Positions 8,701-16,690 of a stretch of DNA of 31,473 nt are shown here, piece after piece (the first letter of the stretch is position 1; the number at the start of each line of letters is the position of its first letter). The stretch is from Myxococcota bacterium. GTDB lineage: Bacteria; Myxococcota_A; UBA796; CAJQPC01. The DNA is taken from contig DASCPX010000102.1 in assembly GCA_036012755.1 (NCBI GenBank), positions 1 to 31,473 of the forward strand. Reading direction: 5' to 3'. The notes under the pieces are model-generated. The model saw only the letters and a list, made by a program, of their open reading frames with translations. It did not search any database and had not been told where the DNA came from. The translations under genes and the position numbers were made by a program.

Positions 8701-9153
8701 GGGCGTGTTGGCCTCCAGCACCTGGTACTCGACGACCGCCTGGGACCACTCCTCGTTCGCGAGCTCGAAGTAGAGCTCGGCGAGGCGGAACATGACGTGG
8801 GGGGTGTACTCGCTGTCGGGGTACTTCTGCAGGAAGAACTCGAACCGCGTCATCGACAGGTCCCGGAGCGCGTTCTCCTGCTCGGAGAGCTCCGTGATGG
8901 CGAGGCTGTAGCCCAGCGTGATCTTCTCTCGCTCCTCCCGCTCCATCTGGTCGACAATCGCCCGGGCGTCCGCGGCGAACTCGTTCATCCGGTCGCGGAA
9001 GCGCGCCAGTGTCGCCTCGTAGGCCTCGACGTCGGCGGAATGGGCGCCTGTGATGCGCTCCACGGGCGCCGGCGTCTCGTCCTGTGCGAGAGCTGCCGAG
9101 GGCGCGAGGAGGGCGAGGAAGACGAGAAGACGGGAAGTCCCGGAGGAAATCAT
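5719..9153 (-). CDS. gltD: GltD/AgmU-like large periplasmic TPR protein (~1144 aa)
   Basis: Signal (ALA|Q); MFRLAELYFE, AYYMLGYC, LYNAANNYEK TPRs; size and position in the gltD-E-F order. Start ATG 9153 has SD AGAGG. Confidence 0.78.
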   Translation of the reverse strand: MISSGTSRLLVFLALLAPSAALAQDETPAPVERITGAHSADVEAYEATLARFRDRMNEFAADARAIVDQMEREEREKITLGYSLAITELSEQENALRDLSMTRFEFFLQKYPDSEYTPHVMFRLAELYFELANEEWSQAVVEYQVLEANTPDDQEWSLPPEPTRDYQKAIWLYEKILADHGDYEYIDGAYYMLGYCFNEPLSQQHFEDPFASDDKAKAYFITLVEDYPESAFAVDGNFILGDAYFADNDIEEAIPHFEAVIASAGRDHNLYDKGLYMLSWTYYKLSEYDRTLALFTDLLDHSEVSFQESGRESALKPEAVKYTAISFSDLADKSMSFDDLDWREYADEDMEAVAELFVELGLGERNASPVQVADAWFESVGGRDYEDEIIKSLADVLVQQARFEDAIATYEYIQTRWPHDPENPDYQMEVARLHLNLPVRDDEGSSQALAVLADRYKEDTPWWEANRNNPDAQNRARRYIEQSLSAVAIETHIRAQNTESAEDYSKAADAYREYLQKFPFADDYFTIEWYLADCLYFAGRYEEAIVEYKQLAKVSGHEWQEPARFQLFRSYNALLEERYGTLDKLPDGAEVERSVETAAGERKVYMLTDDHIELIARADEMKGASFDDEDYQKSLEENRMVMIYIPGQILYHHGDFEAARPRLMELIETYPQTLEAEYAASLILNAYTNDNDLEELVKWTTYFMNHVPKLGPAEDATPDEWDDLRSGAEFKLCGIQKDAGEFAEAAACFETWIRSNPDDANFSFGLYNAANNYEKTGKADKANELFEEYINTFPRDDRSKALYFRIATNYASILELDRAITYYDRLYTYFGPRKLGKDFYVDAPNALYMASFMRTGTGDYTGAAEGFHEHITQFPDDPQREQIAWLEGEQWKQVGEAETLRFYRYYLREFPSNNADHVIDALYWNVKYYERKGDKRNLEKAWEELEDNYARLASSGTVGPLARNRAAEAAFRRLVVQYEDFVDDDYPKKEEDMVPFLLEGKVAEYQSIEANCLAIIETYQDFEYSSAAIYIWGSTYKVYADLLYKAPVPKSLQGNIEAEDIWYTKMAEAAAPIEDKAIARFEANLEKSMNEKRSSVWIDRTIEMLNDINPSAYPLEKAEVRGDNAAAVVPSSGPMSQPELEDSE

Positions 9154-9163
9154 TGCGGAGCCT

Positions 9164-11563
9164 CTACCCATCTTCAGACTTCTCGGAGGTCGGGATGTTC
9201 TGTGTAGTCTCGGGGAGACCCTGACGGATCAGCCGGAAGCGCCCGTCGAGCTCGCGGAGCAGGGCCTCCTGCTCCTTGTTGAGCGCCTTGCGCTCGTCGC
9301 TGACGCCCACCTTTCGGACCCAGTAGACATCCACGATGCCCTTGTCGGCCTTCAGCACCGAGTCGGCGAACTCTACGCGCAGCTCGGAGAAGCCCTCGCG
9401 CGTGACCTCGTCGGCGAGGCCATCGGCCTGGGCCTTCTTGCTCGTGTAGTCGCTGCGTTGGCCAGTGACGTTGCGGGTCTCGGTGTCCAGGCGACGCCTG
9501 AGTCCGGAGAGCTCTGTCTTCTCGAGAGACCCGAGCTTGCCGCCGAGCACGTCCGCGTTGTCATCCATCGTGTCCAAGCGCCGCCACATGCCGTCGATGC
9601 GTGAGGTGACCACGCTGCGGTCGGAGCTCGTGACGTGCCGGCGAAGCGCCGCGAGCTCCCCGTGGAGCTTGTCGTAGCCGGCCTTCATCGCAGCGTTGCC
9701 AGCGGCATCTGCGGTACCGCGCTGCTTGGACGCCGCGGCCTCGAGATCGTCCTGCTCGTCCTGGAGTCGGTAGAGCTCCCGGCGCGCGTGGGCGAGGTCG
9801 TCCTGGATCTGGCCGAGTCGAGCGCTGACCTCGCTCCTGTCGTCCTCGTCGAGCTCGCTGTCGACCAGCCTCGCCTTGAGCTCGGTAGCCTGGGTGTCGA
9901 GCTCGTCGACCTGGATGGCCACCTTTGCGGCGTCCGTCCGGATCTTCGCTGCCTTCTTCTCGTACTCGCTGGCCAGCGCCGTGGCGTCGTCGCGATCTCG
10001 CTTGTCGGCTCCCTCCCCTGTGATGAGGTCCTCGCGCGCCTGGCGGACCGCGCGGACCTCTGCGTGGAGGTTCTCGGGGAGAGAGGCCAGGAGCCAGGCC
10101 TCTTCGACCTGCAGCAGCTCGCCCTTGAGGCGCAGGACCTCGAGATCGAGACGGGACAGCTCGAGGCGCCCCTCCTGGAAGCTGGAGATGGCGTCGTCAC
10201 CGCCGGCGAAGGCCGACTTCAGCTCGACGATGAGCTGCTCGGAGTCCTCGATGTCCTGCTTCTGACGCGCGAGCTCCTTGTGCATGTCGACGGCTCGAGC
10301 GACGTCGGCGTTGCTGGCGAGCATCTCGACGGCGTAGCCGGGGATGTCGGTGCCGTAGTAGCGATCCAGCTCCTCCAGCTCGACGAGGGTGTTGAACCAC
10401 TCCATTGGCTTCATGGCGTCGTGCTCGATCGCCAGGATGGTGTCGTGGATCGGCGTGTACTCGTTGACCACGCCCTCGTAGTTGGCCAGGGCATCCTCGT
10501 ACTGGGCCTCTTTCATGTTGAGGTGGCCTTGGAGGAGGCGGAGCTGTGCGGTGTAGCGGTGCTCCGGGTAGGCGAGGAGGAAGATCTCGACGCTCTGGAG
10601 CGCCTGCTGGTAGTCGCCCTGCTTGATGAAGGTCCAGCCGACCTCGTAGAGCGCGTCGGCGAAGTAGCGGCTCTTGCGGTCGATGCGCTGGTAGTACTCG
10701 GCGCTGGCGACGAGGTCCCCGGTCTCGTAGGCGAGACGGCCGAGCGCGAGGTTGGAGAGATCGACGACCTCTCGGTCCTCTGGCGTGTCGATCGAGATCG
10801 CGGCGCTGCGCTCGAACTCGGTGATGGCGGGCACGAAGCTGCCCTCGACGACGAGGATGACGCCGAGGAGGTAGTGAGCGCGCCCGTAGTAGATGCTGGT
10901 CTCGGGGATCTCTCCGAGCAGGGACTTCGAGCGGACGAACTCCTCCTGCCGGTAGAAGCTCTTGCCGACGGTGTACTTGACGAGGTCGGTCGGCTCCACG
11001 CGGCCGGTGACGATGTACTTGTCGTAGAGGGCGTAGAACTTCTTGCCCTGCCCGGTCAGGCCGTAGAGCTCCAGCTGGCGCCGGACCGCGTCGCGGAAGA
11101 AGGGATGGTTCGAGCCACTGTCGATGATCGACTGGAAGGCCTCCTCGGCCAGGGACATGTTGCCGAGCTCGAAGAGGCACTCCGCCAGGTACCACTGGCT
11201 GTCGGTCATGAGCACGTTCGTCGACCCGAAGGCTCCGGACTCGACCAGGGTGAAGAACTCCTTGGCGGCCGTGTCGTACTCGCGGACGAGGTAGTGGTAG
11301 ACGGCGTTCTCGAAGCGCTCGCGGGCCTCGTCGGCGCCGATGAAGCCGGCACGGTCGGTGACGTCCGCGGTCACCCGCGCCAGCGAACTCTCCGAGGCGA
11401 CGAGCTGGTTTTCGATCCGATCGAGGCGTTCGGGCGTGGTCGCGTCCGCTGCCAGGGCAGGCCCGGCGGCGAAGAGCCCGGCGCAGACGAAGAGACCCGA
11501 GGCGATGGCGCCAGAGCGGAGAGCCCGTGCGAGCAGGCCGCACGAGGAGGTGAGCTTCGGCAT
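9164..11563 (-). CDS. Exported TPR + long coiled-coil protein (799 aa), accessory Glt-cluster subunit (possibly GltC-like)
   Basis: Signal peptide; TPRs (LALGRLAYE, ALYEVGWTF); ~350-aa coiled-coil C-half; ATG abuts the upstream TAG. Confidence 0.75.
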   Translation of the reverse strand: MPKLTSSCGLLARALRSGAIASGLFVCAGLFAAGPALAADATTPERLDRIENQLVASESSLARVTADVTDRAGFIGADEARERFENAVYHYLVREYDTAAKEFFTLVESGAFGSTNVLMTDSQWYLAECLFELGNMSLAEEAFQSIIDSGSNHPFFRDAVRRQLELYGLTGQGKKFYALYDKYIVTGRVEPTDLVKYTVGKSFYRQEEFVRSKSLLGEIPETSIYYGRAHYLLGVILVVEGSFVPAITEFERSAAISIDTPEDREVVDLSNLALGRLAYETGDLVASAEYYQRIDRKSRYFADALYEVGWTFIKQGDYQQALQSVEIFLLAYPEHRYTAQLRLLQGHLNMKEAQYEDALANYEGVVNEYTPIHDTILAIEHDAMKPMEWFNTLVELEELDRYYGTDIPGYAVEMLASNADVARAVDMHKELARQKQDIEDSEQLIVELKSAFAGGDDAISSFQEGRLELSRLDLEVLRLKGELLQVEEAWLLASLPENLHAEVRAVRQAREDLITGEGADKRDRDDATALASEYEKKAAKIRTDAAKVAIQVDELDTQATELKARLVDSELDEDDRSEVSARLGQIQDDLAHARRELYRLQDEQDDLEAAASKQRGTADAAGNAAMKAGYDKLHGELAALRRHVTSSDRSVVTSRIDGMWRRLDTMDDNADVLGGKLGSLEKTELSGLRRRLDTETRNVTGQRSDYTSKKAQADGLADEVTREGFSELRVEFADSVLKADKGIVDVYWVRKVGVSDERKALNKEQEALLRELDGRFRLIRQGLPETTQNIPTSEKSEDG

Positions 11564-12268
11564 CTAGCCCTCTGAGTCTTCGACGAGGACGATGGTCTTC
11601 AGCTCGTACTCGACGGTGGGCCGCTCGGCGAAGCCGACGCCGAAGCCCTTCTTCTCGTTGATCTCGACATTCAGCGTCGTCGCCTGGCCTTCATCCGCGG
11701 TGAATGCGTATGAGCTCTGGACCTTGAAGGTGTAGCCATCCACGTAGTTGAAGACACCGAAGCCGTTGCCCTTGAGAACCATGTTCACGGTCAGGTTGTG
11801 GCTCCCGGGAGGGATCGCGCCATCCCAGACCTTCAGCTCCTTGGCGGAATCGAGGCTGCCTCCCGGGTCTGCCTTCGCGAAGATGGACTGCCCGTCGAGG
11901 TAGTAGGCGACAGATTCGAGGCGGTAGCTCGGGCCGAGTCCGTTGACGTGGAAGATCGTGGAGCGCGCACCCGCGGAGCCGCCCTGGATGACGATCTCCT
12001 TGAGCAGCTGCAGAGTCGCCTTGGAGCGGAAGACCTGCTCCTTGAGCGTGTTGACGTGCTCCTCCATCGTGCCGAGGCGCTTGTTGAACTCCGGATCGAT
12101 GTCTTCTGGCGGAGGTGCAGCCTCCGTCTCTTCAGAGGTCGTTTCCGTGGACGTCGCTTCCTCGACGGTGGGGACCTCTGGGGTCTCGTCACCGTCCTGG
12201 GCGAAGCTGTCGGTTGCCAGCACGAAGCCGATGGCACCGATGAGGCACAGGATCCCAACTCTTTTCAT
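11564..12268 (-). CDS. Exported coiled-coil + beta-sandwich protein heading the Glt cluster (~234 aa)
   Basis: MKRVGILCL signal with SD GGAG; LKEQVFRSKATLQLLKE helix, then beta-rich YRLESVAYYLDG...PPGSHNLTV. Confidence 0.75.
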   Translation of the reverse strand: MKRVGILCLIGAIGFVLATDSFAQDGDETPEVPTVEEATSTETTSEETEAAPPPEDIDPEFNKRLGTMEEHVNTLKEQVFRSKATLQLLKEIVIQGGSAGARSTIFHVNGLGPSYRLESVAYYLDGQSIFAKADPGGSLDSAKELKVWDGAIPPGSHNLTVNMVLKGNGFGVFNYVDGYTFKVQSSYAFTADEGQATTLNVEINEKKGFGVGFAERPTVEYELKTIVLVEDSEG

Positions 12269-12347
12269 CTGCACTGCTCCAGCGTCCACGTGTGTCATGG
12301 CCCTCGTCGCCTGGGACGCACTTCGCTCAGGCTGGGTAGCAGGTTGA

Positions 12348-12377
12348 TCCATACCGGGTCCCCGACATCGGTGTCAA
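12348..12377 (-). promoter_or_regulatory. Putative sigma70 promoter of the Glt operon (TTGACA-18-TATGGA)
   Basis: Perfect -35 in the gap between dacB and the first Glt-cluster gene, overlapped by near-palindrome GACAtCGgTGTC (12364-12375). The -10 is imperfect. Confidence 0.4.
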
Positions 12378-12425
12378 TCGACCCCCCTTGAGCGCAAAAC
12401 ACCGTGAGCACTAGCAAACCGCGCC

Positions 12426-13982
12426 CTACTCGCTCTTTGCGACGACCTGCGTATCGCCCAACTCGAACATGAGGTCGGCGAAGCGGTCGTGTGCCTGTCG
12501 CGCACGGGCGATCGAATACGGGAGGTCGTTGACCAGGAAAGCGAAGGCGTAGCGCTCGCCGTCACCGCCCTCCACGTAGCCGGCGAGACAGTGGACGCCG
12601 TTGAGGGTGCCGGTCTTTCCACGCAGCTTTCCGACCTGGTCCTCGTCGCGAAAGCGCGCCCAGAGCGTGCCGTCCCGGCCACCTATTGCGAGGCTGGACG
12701 TGAACTCGGGGCCGACCTGCTCGTCCCTGGCCATGTCGACGAGGACGGCGTTGAGGTGCGTGGGGCGAACGAGCAGCTGGCGGGAGAGCCCCGAGCCGTT
12801 GACCAGGGTGTACTCCTCGCTGGGGATGCCGAGCTCCTCGAGGTAGGTCATCACCACCGAGAGCCCCGCCTCTGTGCTCCCCTCTCCGCCGACCTCGGCG
12901 CCGACGGCCTTGAGCACCTGCTCCGCCATGAAGTTGTTCGAGTGCTTGTTCGTGCGGGCGAGGATGGTGGAGAGATCGTCGCTGCGGTGGCGAAGCAGTG
13001 ACTTGCTGCGCTCGGGGACCTCGCCGTCGAGGTACTTGCCGCGCACCCGGATGCCCTGGTCCTTCATCATCCCGGCGAAGGCGGCCGTGAAATAGGCCTT
13101 CGCGTCCGGGACCGAGCGGTAGTAGTGCTGGGCCGTGCTGTCCTGCGGGATGGTGCCAGCCAGGCTGAGGGTGACTTTGTCGCCGGTCACGTCGCGCTCG
13201 AGCAGGATGCGGCGCCGGGTGCCGCTGGCGCTCGTGATGAGCTGGTTGTCCACCTCGACGACTCCGGGCGACGGGGTCTCGACCTCCACGCGCGCCGCGC
13301 CGCCGACGTCGGGACCGGGGCCAGCCACCACCGAGATCGTGTTGAAGTTGAGCGAGAGCGCACCGAGGCTCGGGTAGTAGGACGGGCCACGCTCGATGTC
13401 GGCCTTCTTGTTCCAGCCGGGAACGCCGCTCTCGGCGGTCATGAAGCTGTCGTCGAAGTAGACGTTGCCCTTGACCTCGCGCACCCCCTCGAGGCGCAGG
13501 TCGTAGACGAGCTTCCACAGGTCCTCGATGACGAAGGTCGGATCGCCAGTGCCCTTCACGTAGAGAGAGCCCGCCAGGATGCCGTCCGCGCCGAGGGTGC
13601 CGTCGTGATCGACGGTGGTCTCGAAGCGGTACTCCGGACCGAGTGTGCGCAGCGCGGTCGCCGCGGTGATCACCTTCATCGTCGAGGCCGGGTTGAGCGC
13701 CTGGTCCGCGTTGTAGGCGTAGACCTCCTGTCCGGTGGCGATGTCCACCACCTGGAGCGCCACCGTGGAGTCACGGAAGAGACGATCCTCGGTGAGCGGT
13801 GACAACACCGGATCCAGGGTCGGGATCGGAGCGACGACCGCAGCTTCTGTCGCGGGGGCGACCTCGAGCTCGGAATCGAGATCGTCGGCGGCGACGTCTG
13901 CCAGTGGAGGGAGCGCTACGAGACCGACGCCGAGGACTGCGAGGGCCGCGATTCGAGAAGAGAAACGGAGAGCTCGGTGCAT
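12426..13982 (-). CDS. dacB: D-alanyl-D-alanine carboxypeptidase/endopeptidase PBP4 (peptidase S13), ~518 aa
   Basis: SxxK (PASTMK), SxN (HSNN), KTG (GKTGTL), NGSGLSR. Start uncertain; ATG 13982 gives a signal peptide. Confidence 0.92.
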   Translation of the reverse strand: MHRALRFSSRIAALAVLGVGLVALPPLADVAADDLDSELEVAPATEAAVVAPIPTLDPVLSPLTEDRLFRDSTVALQVVDIATGQEVYAYNADQALNPASTMKVITAATALRTLGPEYRFETTVDHDGTLGADGILAGSLYVKGTGDPTFVIEDLWKLVYDLRLEGVREVKGNVYFDDSFMTAESGVPGWNKKADIERGPSYYPSLGALSLNFNTISVVAGPGPDVGGAARVEVETPSPGVVEVDNQLITSASGTRRRILLERDVTGDKVTLSLAGTIPQDSTAQHYYRSVPDAKAYFTAAFAGMMKDQGIRVRGKYLDGEVPERSKSLLRHRSDDLSTILARTNKHSNNFMAEQVLKAVGAEVGGEGSTEAGLSVVMTYLEELGIPSEEYTLVNGSGLSRQLLVRPTHLNAVLVDMARDEQVGPEFTSSLAIGGRDGTLWARFRDEDQVGKLRGKTGTLNGVHCLAGYVEGGDGERYAFAFLVNDLPYSIARARQAHDRFADLMFELGDTQVVAKSE

Positions 13983-14278
13983 GCCCGTCGGGGATGTGAG
14001 GTGGGAAGGAGGCTGAGGTCCCCAGGGGGTGAGGACAGCGTATTGCGGCGACGGTTTCGAAGGATTGGACACCGCTGGCTACGGAGACCGCTGCCTTCAT
14101 GTCCTAGAAGACCACGATCCTGCTGCTTTTGCAACCACTTGAAGTCCACACCTTGAGCTGATCTGTAGGCTGACTGTTGTCATGCCAAGAGCAGCACTCG
14201 TGGACCCTGTTGGCGGCCACAGAGTCACAATGGCATCGTTATGCGGCTCTGGCGACCCCGTTGGAGCATGGAGTGCCG

Positions 14279-16690
14279 ATGTCGATGTGGATTGCCCTGT
14301 TGTGCTCGATGGCCCTGGGACAGCAGGAGCGCCTCGACGCGCCCGCCGCGAGCATCTCGGCGGAAGATGGAGCGGCGGCCGGCTGGGTGAACCCGGCGAA
14401 CCTGGCTTTCGACTCGGACCCCTCCATGGGCGTCTGGTACCGCCAGGACTTCCAGACCTATGACTCTGAGTTCGCCGTGAGCACGACCGGCGGAGGCACG
14501 AGCCTCGGCCTGGTGTTCAAGAACGACCTGGACGGCAAGCCCTGGTGGGGCTTCTCCTCGGGGCTCGGCGTGCGCCTCCCGGAGAACTTCCGCCTGGGCG
14601 CCACCGTGACCTGGAACCTGCCGGAGGGTGCGAACAACAACTTCGTCAGCTGGGATCTCGGCGCTGGCTACCGGCCCTTCCCCTGGCTCGGCTTCGGTGG
14701 CGTCGCGCGCAACATCGGCAACCCCTCCCCCGCCCTCGGCGTCTGGGCCCGCTACGGCCTGTCCACCACGATCCGCCCCCTGCGAGACAAGCTCGAGCTC
14801 TCGGTGGACTACGAGTACCTCGACACCTCAGCCGCATCCGTGGTCGGCGACGCGAACCTGAACCAGCTCGCGGCGATCGTGCGCATCCGACCGACCTCCG
14901 GCCTAGTCCTCCGCGGCGAGGGCCGCACGAACCCCGAGTTCTCCACGTGGTCCGTCGGCGGCGGGCTCGAGGTCTACTTCGAGGGCCTTGGTGGGGGGGC
15001 CTACGCCGTGCCCCTCGACGGGGACGTGATGGCCTACATCACCACCGGGCCAGAGGACGAACACCTCTTCGGCGCCGGGCGACGCGTGCCGGTGGTGAAC
15101 CTCGACGGCAACTTCCCCTACCAGCCGCAGACCGGCTTCCTGGTGGTGCCCGAGGAGTCCTACGTGCACCTCTTGGAGCGCCTCCGCCATGCCTCGGAGG
15201 ACCGGCACGTGAAGGGGCTCGTGCTCGAGCTGTCCTCGCCGCGCCTGTCGTGGGCGCAGACCGAGGAGATCAGAGCCGCGGTCGAGACGCTCCAAGCCGA
15301 AGGAAAGCCCGTCGTCGCCTACCTCAACGGCACACCGAGCAACGGCGCCTACTACCTCGCGTCGGTCTGCGACAAGATCTACCTCCACCCCGCCGGGAGC
15401 CTCGATCTCGTCGGCCTGTCGCTGGAGTCCCAGTACTTCCGCGGGGCCCTCGACCTCGTCGGCGTGAAGCCCCAGTACGCGAAGCGCGCCGAGTACAAGT
15501 CCTCTCCCGAGCAGTTCACGAACACGGAGCCCAGCGAGCCCGCGAAGGAGCAGATGAATGCCCTGTTGGACGGCTTCTACGGTGCCCTCCTCCTCGGCAT
15601 CTCAGATGGCCGCGGCATCCCCGTCGACGAGGTGGAGGCCCTGATCGACGAGGGACCGTTCACGGGCGCAGAGGCGCTGGAGAAGGGCCTCGTCGATGGC
15701 CTGGTCTACCCCGACACCCTGGAGGAGCAGCTCGCAGAGCACCTCGTCCGCGGCTTCGAGCTGAAGCCCGACTACCGGGTACAGCCCGAGACCTCGGGCT
15801 GGAAGGCCCACCGCCAGATCGCCATCGTCTACGTGGACGGTCCCATCGTCAGCGGCCCCTCCCAGGGCCCCGGACTGCTCTCCGGAGGCAACACGGGCGC
15901 GGACACCGTCATCGCCTACCTCCGCGCGGCAGAGGAGGACGGGGCGGTCAAGGCCGTGGTGCTGCGGGTGGACTCCCCCGGTGGCTCAGCCTTCGCCTCT
16001 GACGAGATCTGGCGAGCCGTCGAGCAGCTCCAGGAAGCTGGAAAGCCCGTCGTCGTCTCGATGGGCGGCGTGGCGGCGAGCGGCGGCTACTACGTCGCGG
16101 CGGGCTCCGATGCCATCTTCGCGGAGCCCACCACGATCACCGGCAGCATCGGTGTCTACGGCGGCAAGTTCAGCTTCGCCGAGCTCTTCGACAAGGTCGG
16201 CATCGACTACGAGATCTACACCCGCGGCCGAAAGGCGGCGATGTACTCCACCTCGCGCGAGATGGACGAGATCGAGCTCGCCGCGATGGACCGGCTCATC
16301 GAGGACACCTACGTGCAGTTCAAGACGGTCGTCAGCGAGGGCCGGGGGCTGAGCATGGAGGAGGTCGAAGAGGTCGCCCGAGGCCGCGTCTGGACCGGCG
16401 CCGCCGCGAAGGAGGTCGGCCTCGTAGACGAGCTGGGCGGCCTCCAGGACGCCATCGTGCACGCCAAGGTCGTCGCCGGCCTCGACGAGGACGACGAGAT
16501 CGAGCTCATCACCTACCGTGGCGCACCCGACAGCTTCGGAGAGGTCCCGGCCGAGGCGGTGCGCGCCGTTCGCACAGCTCTGCAGCCGGAGCTCGAGCTG
16601 CCAGAGGACGTCGCCGCCTGGATCCCCTACGCGCCGCTGTCCGAGGAGCGGGTGCTGTTGTTGATGCCCGAGCGGATCGAGGTCGAGTGA
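14279..16690 (+). CDS. sppA: 67K-type signal peptide peptidase SppA (S49) with an N-terminal predicted beta-barrel, ~803 aa
   Basis: Two S49 domains (AEYKSSPE; LRVDSPGGS; AASGGY; TGSIGV). N-terminal ~260 aa of Gly/aromatic amphipathic strands follow WVNPANLA. SD GGAG precedes ATG 14279. Confidence 0.9.
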   Translation: MSMWIALLCSMALGQQERLDAPAASISAEDGAAAGWVNPANLAFDSDPSMGVWYRQDFQTYDSEFAVSTTGGGTSLGLVFKNDLDGKPWWGFSSGLGVRLPENFRLGATVTWNLPEGANNNFVSWDLGAGYRPFPWLGFGGVARNIGNPSPALGVWARYGLSTTIRPLRDKLELSVDYEYLDTSAASVVGDANLNQLAAIVRIRPTSGLVLRGEGRTNPEFSTWSVGGGLEVYFEGLGGGAYAVPLDGDVMAYITTGPEDEHLFGAGRRVPVVNLDGNFPYQPQTGFLVVPEESYVHLLERLRHASEDRHVKGLVLELSSPRLSWAQTEEIRAAVETLQAEGKPVVAYLNGTPSNGAYYLASVCDKIYLHPAGSLDLVGLSLESQYFRGALDLVGVKPQYAKRAEYKSSPEQFTNTEPSEPAKEQMNALLDGFYGALLLGISDGRGIPVDEVEALIDEGPFTGAEALEKGLVDGLVYPDTLEEQLAEHLVRGFELKPDYRVQPETSGWKAHRQIAIVYVDGPIVSGPSQGPGLLSGGNTGADTVIAYLRAAEEDGAVKAVVLRVDSPGGSAFASDEIWRAVEQLQEAGKPVVVSMGGVAASGGYYVAAGSDAIFAEPTTITGSIGVYGGKFSFAELFDKVGIDYEIYTRGRKAAMYSTSREMDEIELAAMDRLIEDTYVQFKTVVSEGRGLSMEEVEEVARGRVWTGAAAKEVGLVDELGGLQDAIVHAKVVAGLDEDDEIELITYRGAPDSFGEVPAEAVRAVRTALQPELELPEDVAAWIPYAPLSEERVLLLMPERIEVE

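Noticed and set aside
3018..11575. Long plus-strand ORFs (3018..4598, 4322..5566, 6403..9207, 9635..11575), also 22639..24615
   Set aside because: They are antisense shadows of real genes, expected from high GC3 codon bias, and carry no recognisable motifs.
14231..14244. Sigma54 promoter-like TGGCATCGTTATGC upstream of sppA
   Set aside because: GG-to-GC spacing is 9 nt, not the strictly required 10.
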